In this document: positions 12,787-22,478 of the stretch, piece by piece
Numbering within the stretch: the stretch's first letter is position 1
Layout of the letters: every line of letters starts with the position of its first letter
Assembly: GCA_964478595.1 (NCBI GenBank)
Contig: CAYZIN010000004.1
Location: forward strand, 557 to 64,556
DNA from: an uncultured Candidatus Saccharibacteria bacterium
GTDB taxonomy: Bacteria; Patescibacteriota; Saccharimonadia; UBA4664; CAZJNH01
Direction: 5' to 3'
Length of the DNA: 64,000 bases
The notes under the pieces: model-generated
What the model was told of the DNA's origin: nothing
The model's database searches: none
What the model saw: the letters and a program-made list of their open reading frames with translations, nothing else
Position numbers and translations under genes: made by a program

Positions 12787-14010
12787 ATGTTTGTTAAGCT
12801 GGTCCAAAATCTGAATTTTGCCCCCGGGCTGGGTTCGCAGCTAACTTTTTATGTACGTAGACTGCGCAAAGAAGCCATAACCCGCAAGCTGTCGGTCTTT
12901 GCCGGGATTGGCCTGGTGGCGTTTCAGGTTTTGTCTATCATTGCCCCCGCTACTTCAAGTATCGCTGCCTCAACCAACGACATTATCTTTGGCGGTTTTT
13001 CGGGCAAAGCCGGGTTGCTGCAAGTTTACGACAATGGGCTGGCCGGTCATCAGTCAGCATCAGAAATCCAAGGAATCTACAATTACTTCGGCATTAGCCG
13101 CGACGACATTGCCGCCATGACGACCACCTCGGTCGACAGCTCCAACACCGGCCTTTACTCAATGGGTCGCAATCCTCACTGCGCCCAAGACCAACCGGTA
13201 TCTATTAACGGCACCAGCTATTACCTGCGGCCGCTCCATTGTTGGGACGCGTCTGGTACACATAGTGTTTATCCGGCTCTTCACGGGTTTCGCCACAGCG
13301 ACCAGCTCGATTTTTGGGTGCTGCAAGCTTGCGGCAACCTCGTCTTTGTTGGTATCCCTCCGCAGCCGCCAACCATCACCCACAAACCCCCGCCACCGCC
13401 ACCACCCCCTCCGCCTCCGCCACCAAAAATCCCCAACATCGATCTAGTTAAACAAGCTGTAAACTTGCGCACCGGCCAAGATGCCAACGGCACCACCGCC
13501 CAGCCGGGTGACACAATCGAGTACAGTCTGTTTATCCATAACTCCGGCAACGGCGCTTACAAGAACTTCAATCAAATCGTCGAAAACCTCAACGACATTC
13601 TTGAGTACGCCGACTTAATCAGCGCTGGTGGTGGCACCTTAAACACCGCCAATGGCAATTTGCGCTGGCCGGCAGAAACCATTAAGGCCCACACTACAAT
13701 TACCAAGAAATTCCAAGTCCGGATTAAAGATCCAATTCCCTCAACCCCGGTTTCTTCGTCCGATCCGTCCTCGTTCGACCTGCGATTAGACAACGTTTTT
13801 GGCAATCGGGTTTCGATAATGGTCCCGCCCCCGCCAGCTAAACAAATCGAGCTAGCTTCAACTCAGCTGCCCCAAACCGGTGCCGGACTCGACATTGCGA
13901 TCGTCCTGGCTTTTGTAGCCATCAGCGTTTACTTCTACTCCCGCAACCGCCAGCTAGTTACCGAGGTTAACATTTTGCGGGCTGAGCAAAATCATGGAGG
14001 AGGTTCCTAA
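12787..14010 (+). CDS. Surface protein with poly-Pro linker, DUF11-like Ig domain and LPQTG sorting signal
   Basis: AQPGDTIEYSL..NSG; LPQTG at 13867-13881 followed by a TM helix and RNR. Confidence 0.85.
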   Translation: MFVKLVQNLNFAPGLGSQLTFYVRRLRKEAITRKLSVFAGIGLVAFQVLSIIAPATSSIAASTNDIIFGGFSGKAGLLQVYDNGLAGHQSASEIQGIYNYFGISRDDIAAMTTTSVDSSNTGLYSMGRNPHCAQDQPVSINGTSYYLRPLHCWDASGTHSVYPALHGFRHSDQLDFWVLQACGNLVFVGIPPQPPTITHKPPPPPPPPPPPPPKIPNIDLVKQAVNLRTGQDANGTTAQPGDTIEYSLFIHNSGNGAYKNFNQIVENLNDILEYADLISAGGGTLNTANGNLRWPAETIKAHTTITKKFQVRIKDPIPSTPVSSSDPSSFDLRLDNVFGNRVSIMVPPPPAKQIELASTQLPQTGAGLDIAIVLAFVAISVYFYSRNRQLVTEVNILRAEQNHGGGS

Positions 14011-14558
14011 TGGAGCAAGAGCCGCGCCAGTCCCCAGAACAGCAAAAAAGCGCTGAACAAAGCATTGAACTCGACAAAATTGCCGCCGAGGCCCTACGCC
14101 AAATTGAAAAATCGGCGGAAATTGTTACCGAAAATGCCGCCGAAAAAATCGAGCTGGCCCGGGCTAAAATTGAACAGCAACCGGAAACTCCTAAACCGGC
14201 CATCGCCGAAAAAGAACGAGCCAAAGCCCACCACCCTACCGGGCTAGACAAAAAACGGGCATATTGGCAAACCATGGACGCCATGCAACGCCGGCTCAAA
14301 CCGGCCAGCCGAACATTCTCAAAGGTCATTCATGCCCCAGTTGTTGAAAAAGCCAGCGACTTTGCCGGCGCAACTATCTTTCGTCCGTCGGTTACTTTAG
14401 GCGCAACCACAACCGCCTTGGTCGTTGGAGCCTTCTTTTATATAACCGCCCGACACTTCGGCTTCGCTCTGCGCGGATCGGAGTTCGTCTTGTTTCTGGC
14501 CGTTGGCGCCATTATTGGCCTGTTCGTGGAGCTGATCGCCAAACCCTTCCGCAAATGA
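14010..14558 (+). CDS. Hypothetical membrane protein
   Basis: Charged N-terminus, two C-terminal TM helices; translationally coupled. Confidence 0.8.
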   Translation: MEQEPRQSPEQQKSAEQSIELDKIAAEALRQIEKSAEIVTENAAEKIELARAKIEQQPETPKPAIAEKERAKAHHPTGLDKKRAYWQTMDAMQRRLKPASRTFSKVIHAPVVEKASDFAGATIFRPSVTLGATTTALVVGAFFYITARHFGFALRGSEFVLFLAVGAIIGLFVELIAKPFRK

Positions 14559-14800
14559 AAATCCCGGTAGGGTTAGTACTTTCATCTCTCGCTTTCATTA
14601 CGGGCGTATTAGTGATATTCGATCTGGTCAGTGGATCAATTTTCTTGGGTATTGGGTTGGTTTTCGGGACCGTCGGACTGATTCTATCGTCAGCGACCAA
14701 GTCTAAACTGCAAATAATTCTGAGTGTTATTGCCCTACTCCCATTAGCACTGCTAATTGGAGAAGTTATCGGTTTGGGCGGTTCAAGTAGTCCTCTCTAG
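14555..14800 (+). CDS. Small three-TM hypothetical protein
   Basis: ATGA overlap; hydrophobic throughout. Confidence 0.7.
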   Translation: MKIPVGLVLSSLAFITGVLVIFDLVSGSIFLGIGLVFGTVGLILSSATKSKLQIILSVIALLPLALLIGEVIGLGGSSSPL

Positions 14801-17637
14801 CCCTGGATGATGTTGCCGTGCTCGTCGACGGCGATTTCGCCAGGTGCGACTTCTACGGCTTGGGACTCAGGCTGCGGCATAACAACTGCGCCTGGCGCCG
14901 GACGAGCTGAAGAAGAGACAAGGTCGTGCTCTGGCGGTGCCGGTGTCGGAACCGGCATATGCTGAACAGGAGCTGGCGGAGCAGGTTCAACTGCGGGCTC
15001 TATGACTTGCCCTGGGGCTGGCGGGGCCTGCTGAGGTTCTGAGGCTGGGGTTGGCTCAACCGTCGATTCAAGAGCCGGCTCGGGTTGAGGTGGAGGCGGA
15101 GCTGGTTGCGGAGCCGGAGCAGAGGTTTGAGCAGCAGCAACAATCTCCTCAGGCTTTTTAAATGAAGATAACGATAAACTCTCTGCTTCTTGGGTCGGCT
15201 CTGGTTGTTTGGGTTTTAGCGCCGGTAAACTGCCCATGCGAGTCATAATATCGGTGCTTACTTTGTCGCGGGGACGGCCAAACTTGGCCGCGGACAGCTG
15301 TTTAACCGCCTCAGACATTTCCTTACTAGCAGTTCCAACCGGCGGCAAAGACAGCATACTAAACGGTTGCGAAGGCAAACCGGCAATCATCAACTTCACC
15401 ACCGCATAGAAGTTCGGCAAATTCGAAAGATCTCCTCGCTCAAAAATCGGAGCAAACTGTTTCACCAAATACTCGGCATCGTCCGGGCCGGTACGAAACG
15501 CAGCCATCGTGCCAACGTTGCCAAACACCGCCTCCCTAACTTGATCGTTTAACTGCCCAATAAACTGGTTGGCAACGATTAGATTCAAGCGGTATTTCCG
15601 GGCTTCAGACAGAATCGTCGCGAACGAATCGGTCGAAAAATTCTGAAACTCGTCAACGATTAAACTAAAGTCGGTCCGCTCGGCTTCCGGAATCTCGGCC
15701 CGGCTCATGGCTGCTGCCTGGATTTTGGTAACCAGGATCATTCCCAGCAGCTGCGAGTTTAACTCACCAACTCGTCCTTTGCTCAAGTTGACGAGTAAAA
15801 TTTGCCGCTTATCCATAATTTCTCGCAAATTAAACGAGCTCTTCGTCTGCCCGATAATATTTCTCATCATTTCGTTATTCACAAACGCCCCAAATTTCGA
15901 GACGAACCAGCCTAGCACCTCACTCTTGTGGAAGTCGCTGGTTTGGGCCATCTCCTTCGTCCAAAAATCAACCACCGTCGGGTCCTTAACGTATTTAAAT
16001 TTGGCCTTCAAAAACTCGGTATCGGTAAAGACCTTTGGCACTTCTACAAAAGTAGAACCGTTGGGGTCGCTCATTAAAGTCAGGGCCGCGTTTCTAAACC
16101 AATGCTCATAGCGCGGGCCAATAATGCCGGTGTGGCCCGGGTCGTAAAGTCGATAAAGCATATTGATCGATTCTTGAATAATAAAATCGCGCTGCTCGGG
16201 GTTTTGATATTCAAACAAGTTAAGACCGAGCGGGTTAGAGGTATCGGCCGGGTCGAAGTAGATAACGTCTTCGGCGCGATCCTTGGGCACCAGACCGAGA
16301 AGTCGTTCGGAGGCGTCACCGTGCGGATCTATAAATACGAACCCACGCCCAGCCATCATGTCTTGCAGGGCAATGGTTTCTAGCATGGTCGATTTACCGG
16401 TACCGGTTTGGCCGACGATGTAGACGTGGCGTCGGCGGTCGTCTTCGGCTAGTTTGATTTCTTTTTTCTGTCCGCGGTATTCGTTGTAACCCAACAGCAC
16501 ACCCTCGGTCGCCACGTTGGACGGGGCGTCCGCATGTTTAGCGCTTTCGCGCTGGACTTCGGCGGTTGGGGTAAAGCGCGCTTCCGGCAAATGGAAAATC
16601 GTTGCCAGTTCGTTGCTGCCCAAGACTAGACTGTTGAGTTCGGGCGGGAAGAAACGAAAAATAAAAGCGGTCACCAGGCCTTGCTTGTCCCGGGCCGGCA
16701 CAAACTGAAAACCATTGCTCGAAGGGTCGTCAAACAGCGCGAATGAAGCCGTAATATTTTGCAGCAGCGCAGGCGCCGAGGCCGACACATCCGAAGAAAC
16801 TAAGATTCTAATCAGACTCTCGTAAGCAGGTTGGCGGATTTTATTTTCAATCCCTTCGGCAACGGCCAACTCCAAGCTACTGGCTTGCGGGTCGGCTGGT
16901 CCGGTCTCTCCCGAAGACTTAGGGGCTTTAACCGCCGCATGCAAAAAATCTTTGGCCGTAAATTTGAGGCTGGTTTTGCGGTTATGGCGAATGTCATCAG
17001 CCAACCGTTCGGCGCTTTTAGTCCAGGTTGGAGCCGCCGGTCGCAGTAGAATTTGAATCCCCACTCCGTCACCTGCCTTCAGGTCAGACAGAGTGTTTAA
17101 AATAGCCTCCAAAGGATCGCGCTCAATATTTTTATAGGTACGAATCGGATACGCTTTATCTCGTTTTAGCTCAAGCTCACCGCCGGCCACGCCGTCCAAT
17201 TTACCGTCCGGATTAAAGAGGTTGTGGTCCTCGGTTTGCTCGAGCCTGGCACCTGGATACGCCGAAGCAATCGCCTTTTCTACCACTGGAACTAAGGCCA
17301 CAGGGACAGCCGCATAAAATTTGATGTTGCCAGCCGAAGCGATAATTTCTAAACCTACGTGGCGCTGGCCGTAAAAGTTACTTTTAAATCCTCGCTGGGC
17401 AGTACCCGCCAAAATGTTATATAACACCTCAGCTTGGGCTATCTGCTCTTGCATAGAAGCCTTTTGGTCGCCTCCCTGTGCCGCATCGGAGCTGCGGGGC
17501 GGCAAATGGATTAAAACTGGCACCATCTTGAGACCGCGCTCAATACCTTTAGCTCGCCGCAGTATTCGCCGATAAGCATAGTAAGCCACCGCGGCCGAAA
17601 TCGCCGCCAGGCCCACAAAAACTACAATTAAGCGCAT
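14797..17637 (-). CDS. VirD4/TraG-like (HerA/FtsK superfamily) ATPase with Pro-rich tail
   Basis: GQTGTGKS Walker A, FIDPHGD, LIVDEFQ, SEARKY, IVANQ, VFGNVGT. Confidence 0.9.
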   Translation of the reverse strand: MRLIVVFVGLAAISAAVAYYAYRRILRRAKGIERGLKMVPVLIHLPPRSSDAAQGGDQKASMQEQIAQAEVLYNILAGTAQRGFKSNFYGQRHVGLEIIASAGNIKFYAAVPVALVPVVEKAIASAYPGARLEQTEDHNLFNPDGKLDGVAGGELELKRDKAYPIRTYKNIERDPLEAILNTLSDLKAGDGVGIQILLRPAAPTWTKSAERLADDIRHNRKTSLKFTAKDFLHAAVKAPKSSGETGPADPQASSLELAVAEGIENKIRQPAYESLIRILVSSDVSASAPALLQNITASFALFDDPSSNGFQFVPARDKQGLVTAFIFRFFPPELNSLVLGSNELATIFHLPEARFTPTAEVQRESAKHADAPSNVATEGVLLGYNEYRGQKKEIKLAEDDRRRHVYIVGQTGTGKSTMLETIALQDMMAGRGFVFIDPHGDASERLLGLVPKDRAEDVIYFDPADTSNPLGLNLFEYQNPEQRDFIIQESINMLYRLYDPGHTGIIGPRYEHWFRNAALTLMSDPNGSTFVEVPKVFTDTEFLKAKFKYVKDPTVVDFWTKEMAQTSDFHKSEVLGWFVSKFGAFVNNEMMRNIIGQTKSSFNLREIMDKRQILLVNLSKGRVGELNSQLLGMILVTKIQAAAMSRAEIPEAERTDFSLIVDEFQNFSTDSFATILSEARKYRLNLIVANQFIGQLNDQVREAVFGNVGTMAAFRTGPDDAEYLVKQFAPIFERGDLSNLPNFYAVVKLMIAGLPSQPFSMLSLPPVGTASKEMSEAVKQLSAAKFGRPRDKVSTDIMTRMGSLPALKPKQPEPTQEAESLSLSSFKKPEEIVAAAQTSAPAPQPAPPPPQPEPALESTVEPTPASEPQQAPPAPGQVIEPAVEPAPPAPVQHMPVPTPAPPEHDLVSSSARPAPGAVVMPQPESQAVEVAPGEIAVDEHGNIIQG

Positions 17638-17638
17638 G

Positions 17639-18010
17639 CTACTTGTCCTCTGGCTCGAGGTCGATCCCGTAGCGTTTCTTTAGATAGTCGGTTTGCAAAT
17701 CCTCTACCGCCTCTTCTTCCGCGTGCGGGTCCCCGGCGGTTTTTTTGACAACCTCCTGGGCTTTGTCGACCCACTCTTTCTCAATCACATCAACATCATC
17801 GGCAATTGAAGGTCCAGTCACCTTTGGGGCTGATTTAGCAGCAGGCGTAGAGGGCTTAGCAGGCGTCGCTGGAGTTACCGGCTGTTGATTTGCGGGTTTG
17901 GTAGGTTCGGGTACAGCGGGAGCATCGGTTTGGCTTGGCTGTAAGCTCTCGGCTGGCTTAACCGCCTCGGTGTTGGGTTGGCTCTCGGGAGTGGACTGAG
18001 GATTTTCCAT
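17639..18010 (-). CDS. Hypothetical protein (ADDVDVIEKEWV motif)
   Basis: Start moved to ATG 18010 (TAAAAT 8 nt upstream); abuts the ATPase gene. Confidence 0.75.
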   Translation of the reverse strand: MENPQSTPESQPNTEAVKPAESLQPSQTDAPAVPEPTKPANQQPVTPATPAKPSTPAAKSAPKVTGPSIADDVDVIEKEWVDKAQEVVKKTAGDPHAEEEAVEDLQTDYLKKRYGIDLEPEDK

Positions 18011-18065
18011 TGGTTTAAATTTTACCATTTCAGATTAGAAGTGTCGTGCTTAGTTGCGGGTTTGG

Positions 18066-20930
18066 TTAACGGATTTCGGCTTTGAATTTGGTCTTGAGGG
18101 CGTTCGAGATTTTACTTAAGCGATCTTCAACCTCGGCATCGGTCAAAGTTTTGGCAGAATCGGACATGACTAGCCGAAAAGCTACCGATTTTTTGCCGGC
18201 AGGAATACCTTGGCCCGAAAACTCACTTAAGTAAGTTGCTTCGGCTAGATCCTCGTCAATCGCCTCGGCCACGTCTTGCCAGCTAGTTTTTTGATTAACC
18301 ACAATCGACAAATCACGTTTAGCGGCGGGAAATTTGCTTACCGGTCGGTAATTTGGTCCCTCGGCTGCAGAGGTTATGGCCAGCAAATCGACCTCCAGAT
18401 AAGCCACCGTCCCCTTAATTTTGAATTCAGTCACCACATCGGGATGAACCTCACCAATCCAACCAATCTCCTTGCCTGAAAGTAAAAGCTTAGCCGCCCG
18501 ACCAGGATGCAGGCCAGCGGTTTTGGCTGGTTCAATCTTTACACCAACCTTAAACTCCCGGACCAGCCGATCGAGTGCCGCTTTAACGCTTGCGTAGGGA
18601 TTATCCGCTTTGGCAATGGCGGCGATTTTCGTTGGTTCAGACGGCAACTTTTTGGGCTGAGTGGGTAGGTAAACCTTCGAGACCTCAAACAAAGATAGCT
18701 CGGGGGCGTAAGTTTGATTTTTACCCAGAGCATTGAGCAAACTCGGCAGGAGCGTGGTGCGCAAATAGGCTTGCTCGATCGACATTGGATTGCGGACTTT
18801 GAGATGTTCTCCTAACTTGCAGCCCGAACGAGTAATGTCATCCGCCGACACAAAGGAATAGGTCATCACTTCAAACATTCCCAAAGCCTTCATTGCTTCC
18901 TGAGCCTTCCATAAATTTGGCCAATACTGGTCAAACTCAACTTCGCTAGGCTGCCAGGCCGGTAATTTGGCGGGGACCTTGTCATACCCCGTTAGCCGAG
19001 CAATTTCTTCAATCAAATCTTCCTCGGTCTTTAGATCGGTCCGCCACCACGGCGCCGTCACCGCCACATAATCATCCAGGTTCTCTACGTGCCGCCGCGC
19101 GCCAATGTAGCCAGGATTCTTGATATAAACCTCAACATCGACCACCTGCACCTTTCGATCACGAATCGGCAACTCTACCCACTTAGCATCCCTATACTCA
19201 TAGCGACGAGCGTCGATAACTTTGCCATTACCAATATAAATTCCGTCATGGCCAACCAGACCCTTGTAAGCAGTTTCAAGCTTTTCGTACTGTCCGGTTT
19301 GAGCATTCTTTCTATAGTAATAACCCACAGTTGAACTTGGTTGTTTCGATGACTTTTCCGATTGGATTTCGGCCAAAGTATATTCGCCTTTGCCTCCAGT
19401 TTTAATACCTTCATAAAACAAAATGTCACCGGGACTTAGCTCACCCGTGTGCACCGGCCGGCCAGTTTCTAGCTGAGCCGGGGCGGTGTGCCCAACCCAG
19501 AGGCCGATTAACGAGAAAACATAATCAATAAGGTAGCCGCAATCGAAAGCTTCGATTCCGTTCTTCTTGAAACTGGCCCCCCAAACGTATGGTTTTCCAA
19601 GGTGTTTTTTGGTTTCGGCCACGACGTCAAACGGTTCAGCTTCCAGGCCGGAGCGGTGCAGCAATTTAGTAATCTCCTCGCGGGAAATTTTGTACCCCAA
19701 AAACTGCTCTAGCCGGCTGGAGCGAATGCCGATATGTTGAATCCACGGCCAAACCAGCAACTCGTCGGCTACGGCAGAGGTAACCTTAGCTTTAGCGTAC
19801 TTGCTTAAATAATCTAGTGCCCGAGCCAATGCAATCGGCGCCAGTTGTACCGGCAAGTTTCGCTCGAACCGCCCACTGGCATCGGTCCGGTTGCCATGAC
19901 GAATGGCGGTTTTACGAATGGTGGGTGCGTCAAAGCTGGCGCTTTCTAAAATAATTTTGGTTGTCTTGTCGGTAATCTCGCTACCGGCACCACCCATCAC
20001 CCCCGCCAAGGCGATCGGCCCGGAGGAGTTGGCAATGACGACATCTTCGGTAGTTAATTTACGGGTTTGCCCGTCTAGGGTTACCAATTTCTCGCCAGAC
20101 CCAGCATGTCGCACAACAATACTTCCCCTCACTTTCGCCGCGTCGAAAGCGTGCAGCGGCTGGCCGTATTCCAACATTACATAATTGGTTATATCAACGA
20201 CGACACTAATCGGCCGCAAACCTGAAGCCAGCAATCGGCGCTGCATCCAATCGGGGGTTTTTTGGTTCGGCTCGATAGATAACTCAACAGCCATATAGCG
20301 CCGAGTCTTAGTCGATTTATCGACTTTAACCTTTGGAGCAGCCCCTTTCTCGGGTAATTGATGCTCGATCGGTTCGTGCACCTTCTCGCCCATGAACGCG
20401 GCTGCTTCCCGCGCCAACCCTATAACCGACAATAAATCCGGTCGATTGGCGGGCGTATAGACATCGATAATCGCCGACTCAGGCCAGATTTCGGCCACCG
20501 GTTGGCCGACCCTAGCACTTGGTTCTAAAACTAAAATACCCGAGTGATCATCGCCTAAACCTAATTCCTGAGCACTTGCAATCATCCCGGCCGACTCAAT
20601 CCCCCGAATCGTGGCTTTTTCGATCTTTAAACCTGTTGGCAAAGTCACTCCAGGGGCTACATAAGCCACCTTTTGACCCTCCGAAACGTTCGCGGCTCCA
20701 CAGACAACCGAAATTTTGCCTTCGCCAAGGGATAATTCGACAATTTTTAATTTATCGGCGTTTGGATGCTGAATAACTTTTTTGACATCTGCTACTACGA
20801 CATGATTGTCTAGTTTGGGTGTATAAATTATTTGTTCTATTTCAACGCCGATTTGCTCCAAAGCATCCGCAATCGTTTTTGGATCGTGCTTGCCAATATA
20901 TTCTGCCAACCATTCGGCACTAACTTTCAT
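18066..20930 (-). CDS. pheT: Phenylalanine--tRNA ligase beta subunit with inserted NlpC/P60 domain
   Basis: HPNADKL, VVCGA, NRPDLLS, VDITNYVMLEYGQPLHAFD, DLIEEIARLTGY, KFPAAKRDLS; ~184-aa insert at ~19080-19631. Confidence 0.97.
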   Translation of the reverse strand: MKVSAEWLAEYIGKHDPKTIADALEQIGVEIEQIIYTPKLDNHVVVADVKKVIQHPNADKLKIVELSLGEGKISVVCGAANVSEGQKVAYVAPGVTLPTGLKIEKATIRGIESAGMIASAQELGLGDDHSGILVLEPSARVGQPVAEIWPESAIIDVYTPANRPDLLSVIGLAREAAAFMGEKVHEPIEHQLPEKGAAPKVKVDKSTKTRRYMAVELSIEPNQKTPDWMQRRLLASGLRPISVVVDITNYVMLEYGQPLHAFDAAKVRGSIVVRHAGSGEKLVTLDGQTRKLTTEDVVIANSSGPIALAGVMGGAGSEITDKTTKIILESASFDAPTIRKTAIRHGNRTDASGRFERNLPVQLAPIALARALDYLSKYAKAKVTSAVADELLVWPWIQHIGIRSSRLEQFLGYKISREEITKLLHRSGLEAEPFDVVAETKKHLGKPYVWGASFKKNGIEAFDCGYLIDYVFSLIGLWVGHTAPAQLETGRPVHTGELSPGDILFYEGIKTGGKGEYTLAEIQSEKSSKQPSSTVGYYYRKNAQTGQYEKLETAYKGLVGHDGIYIGNGKVIDARRYEYRDAKWVELPIRDRKVQVVDVEVYIKNPGYIGARRHVENLDDYVAVTAPWWRTDLKTEEDLIEEIARLTGYDKVPAKLPAWQPSEVEFDQYWPNLWKAQEAMKALGMFEVMTYSFVSADDITRSGCKLGEHLKVRNPMSIEQAYLRTTLLPSLLNALGKNQTYAPELSLFEVSKVYLPTQPKKLPSEPTKIAAIAKADNPYASVKAALDRLVREFKVGVKIEPAKTAGLHPGRAAKLLLSGKEIGWIGEVHPDVVTEFKIKGTVAYLEVDLLAITSAAEGPNYRPVSKFPAAKRDLSIVVNQKTSWQDVAEAIDEDLAEATYLSEFSGQGIPAGKKSVAFRLVMSDSAKTLTDAEVEDRLSKISNALKTKFKAEIR

Positions 20931-21940
20931 TAAAACTGCTCCAGGAATTTTAGGTTAGGCCGCCATAGGTATCTTAAGTCGTCTAGTTGGTACTTAACTG
21001 CCGCCAACCGCTCAATCCCGGTGCCAAAGGCAAACCCAGAATAGACTTCAGGGTCTATTCCAACGTTACGAAGCACCTGAGGGTGGACCATTCCGGATCC
21101 TAGAAGCTCAACCCAACCGGTATTGGCACAGGTCGCACAACCCTTACTCTGGCAGATCGGACAAGAGGCGTCCATCTCGATCGAAGGCTCGGTGTAGGGA
21201 AAGTAATTCGGACGCAAACGGATTTTGGCTTCCTTGCCAAACAGCGCCTGAGCCATCGCAAGTAGAGTTCCTTTTAAGTCGCCTATCCCGATCCCTCTAT
21301 CGACCACCAGCCCCTCAATTTGGGTGAACATCCAGATATGAGACGGGTCTTCGTCTTCGTTGCGGTAGACTTTGCCGGGCGCGATGATCCTAATCGGCGG
21401 TTGGTGTTTCTCCATATACCGAATCTGCACACTTGAAGTGTGCGTCCGCGGCAAATTTCCATCCTCCAGATAAAAAGTATCTTGCATGTCCCTGGCTGGA
21501 TGATCCTTACCGATATTTAAAGCTTCGAAGTTATACCACTCTGTCTCGATTTCAGGGCCGTCAGCCACTTTAAAACCAAGCTGCCAAAAAGCCTGCACCA
21601 CTTCGCGCAGAACCTGCGACACCGGATGTAAATGGCCAATAACGGGACCTGCCGGAGCGGTAAGATCTAGTAGATTGGATTTCACCTGACCCTCGAGGGC
21701 TGCACCCTTGAGCGTAGCTTGCTTTAGCTTTAACCACTGCTCTATTTTGGCCCGTGCCTGGTTGGCTGCTTGGCCGGCCTTAGCTCGATCCTTCTCGGGC
21801 AGCGTTCCTATTTTCTTCAGCTGTGCCGTCACCACTCCACTTCTGCCAAGATATTTAACCCTAAGCTGCTCAAGTTGCTTGAGCTCGGTTACCGAGTTTA
21901 TAGCTTTCTCGATATCAGCCAAGGTTTTTGTATCAATCAT
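20930..21940 (-). CDS. pheS: Phenylalanine--tRNA ligase alpha subunit
   Basis: HPARDMQDTF, RTHTS, YFPYTEPS, GFAFGTGIERL; start at ATG 21940 overlapping the upstream stop. Confidence 0.98.
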   Translation of the reverse strand: MIDTKTLADIEKAINSVTELKQLEQLRVKYLGRSGVVTAQLKKIGTLPEKDRAKAGQAANQARAKIEQWLKLKQATLKGAALEGQVKSNLLDLTAPAGPVIGHLHPVSQVLREVVQAFWQLGFKVADGPEIETEWYNFEALNIGKDHPARDMQDTFYLEDGNLPRTHTSSVQIRYMEKHQPPIRIIAPGKVYRNEDEDPSHIWMFTQIEGLVVDRGIGIGDLKGTLLAMAQALFGKEAKIRLRPNYFPYTEPSIEMDASCPICQSKGCATCANTGWVELLGSGMVHPQVLRNVGIDPEVYSGFAFGTGIERLAAVKYQLDDLRYLWRPNLKFLEQF

Positions 21941-22311
21941 GCCCGTGACCTCAAGAATACTTCTACCAAAAGCATGACAGCCAGGATTAAGCCGGCATCG
22001 CGCCAGGTTAGCTGTCGCAATGAGGACAAAGCTAAAACCGCCACGATGACTCCACCAATTAACCATCCCTGTCGCCAGGAGTTTTGTAGCAATTTCTCGG
22101 CGGTGTTTTGGATGCGTGGGATTTTTAGCTTGAGCCTAAATAAACTGCAGGCCACCAGATCGGCAGCTACTAGCAGCAGGATCAAAAACCAGACCGTTAC
22201 TCCAATCGGGCCGATCGACTTAGGCGTAATCGCAAACGTAGAAGCCACTAGAGCACCCAGCCCGGCCAAGCCAAAAACCAACATTAAAGAATAATTACTT
22301 CTCGCACTCAT
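21937..22311 (-). CDS. Four-TM hypothetical protein
   Basis: Hydrophobic; ATGA overlap with pheS; TATAAT 8 nt before the start. Confidence 0.8.
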   Translation of the reverse strand: MSARSNYSLMLVFGLAGLGALVASTFAITPKSIGPIGVTVWFLILLLVAADLVACSLFRLKLKIPRIQNTAEKLLQNSWRQGWLIGGVIVAVLALSSLRQLTWRDAGLILAVMLLVEVFLRSRA

Positions 22312-22320
22312 CTGTCTAGA

Positions 22321-22464
22321 TTATAACGGATCGGCTACCTTGAAACTATAACCATAAGCCGAACGGCTTCAAGCTTCTTTCCAATCCGTTGAAAGCTTCC
22401 CTTTATTTAAAGACGAGGAAGAAGCTTATAACGGATCGGCTACCTTGAAACTATAACCATAAGC
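22321..22464. repeat. 39-bp exact direct repeat (two copies, 105-bp period)
   Basis: TTATAACGGATCGGCTACCTTGAAACTATAACCATAAGC at 22321-22359 and 22426-22464. Confidence 0.9.
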
Positions 22465-22478
22465 TCAAACGGCTGAAA

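Noticed and set aside
19080-19631. PheT insert as an intein or homing endonuclease
   Set aside because: No N-terminal C/S or terminal HN splice motif and no LAGLIDADG/HNH motif; NlpC/P60 motifs instead.
21125-21165. CPICQSKGCATC Cys cluster in PheS
   Set aside because: A four-Cys loop at this position is common in bacterial PheS.
22321-22464. Possible mini-CRISPR (repeat contains TTGAAAC)
   Set aside because: Only two copies, identity runs on both sides of TTGAAAC, 66-nt spacer, no cas operon.
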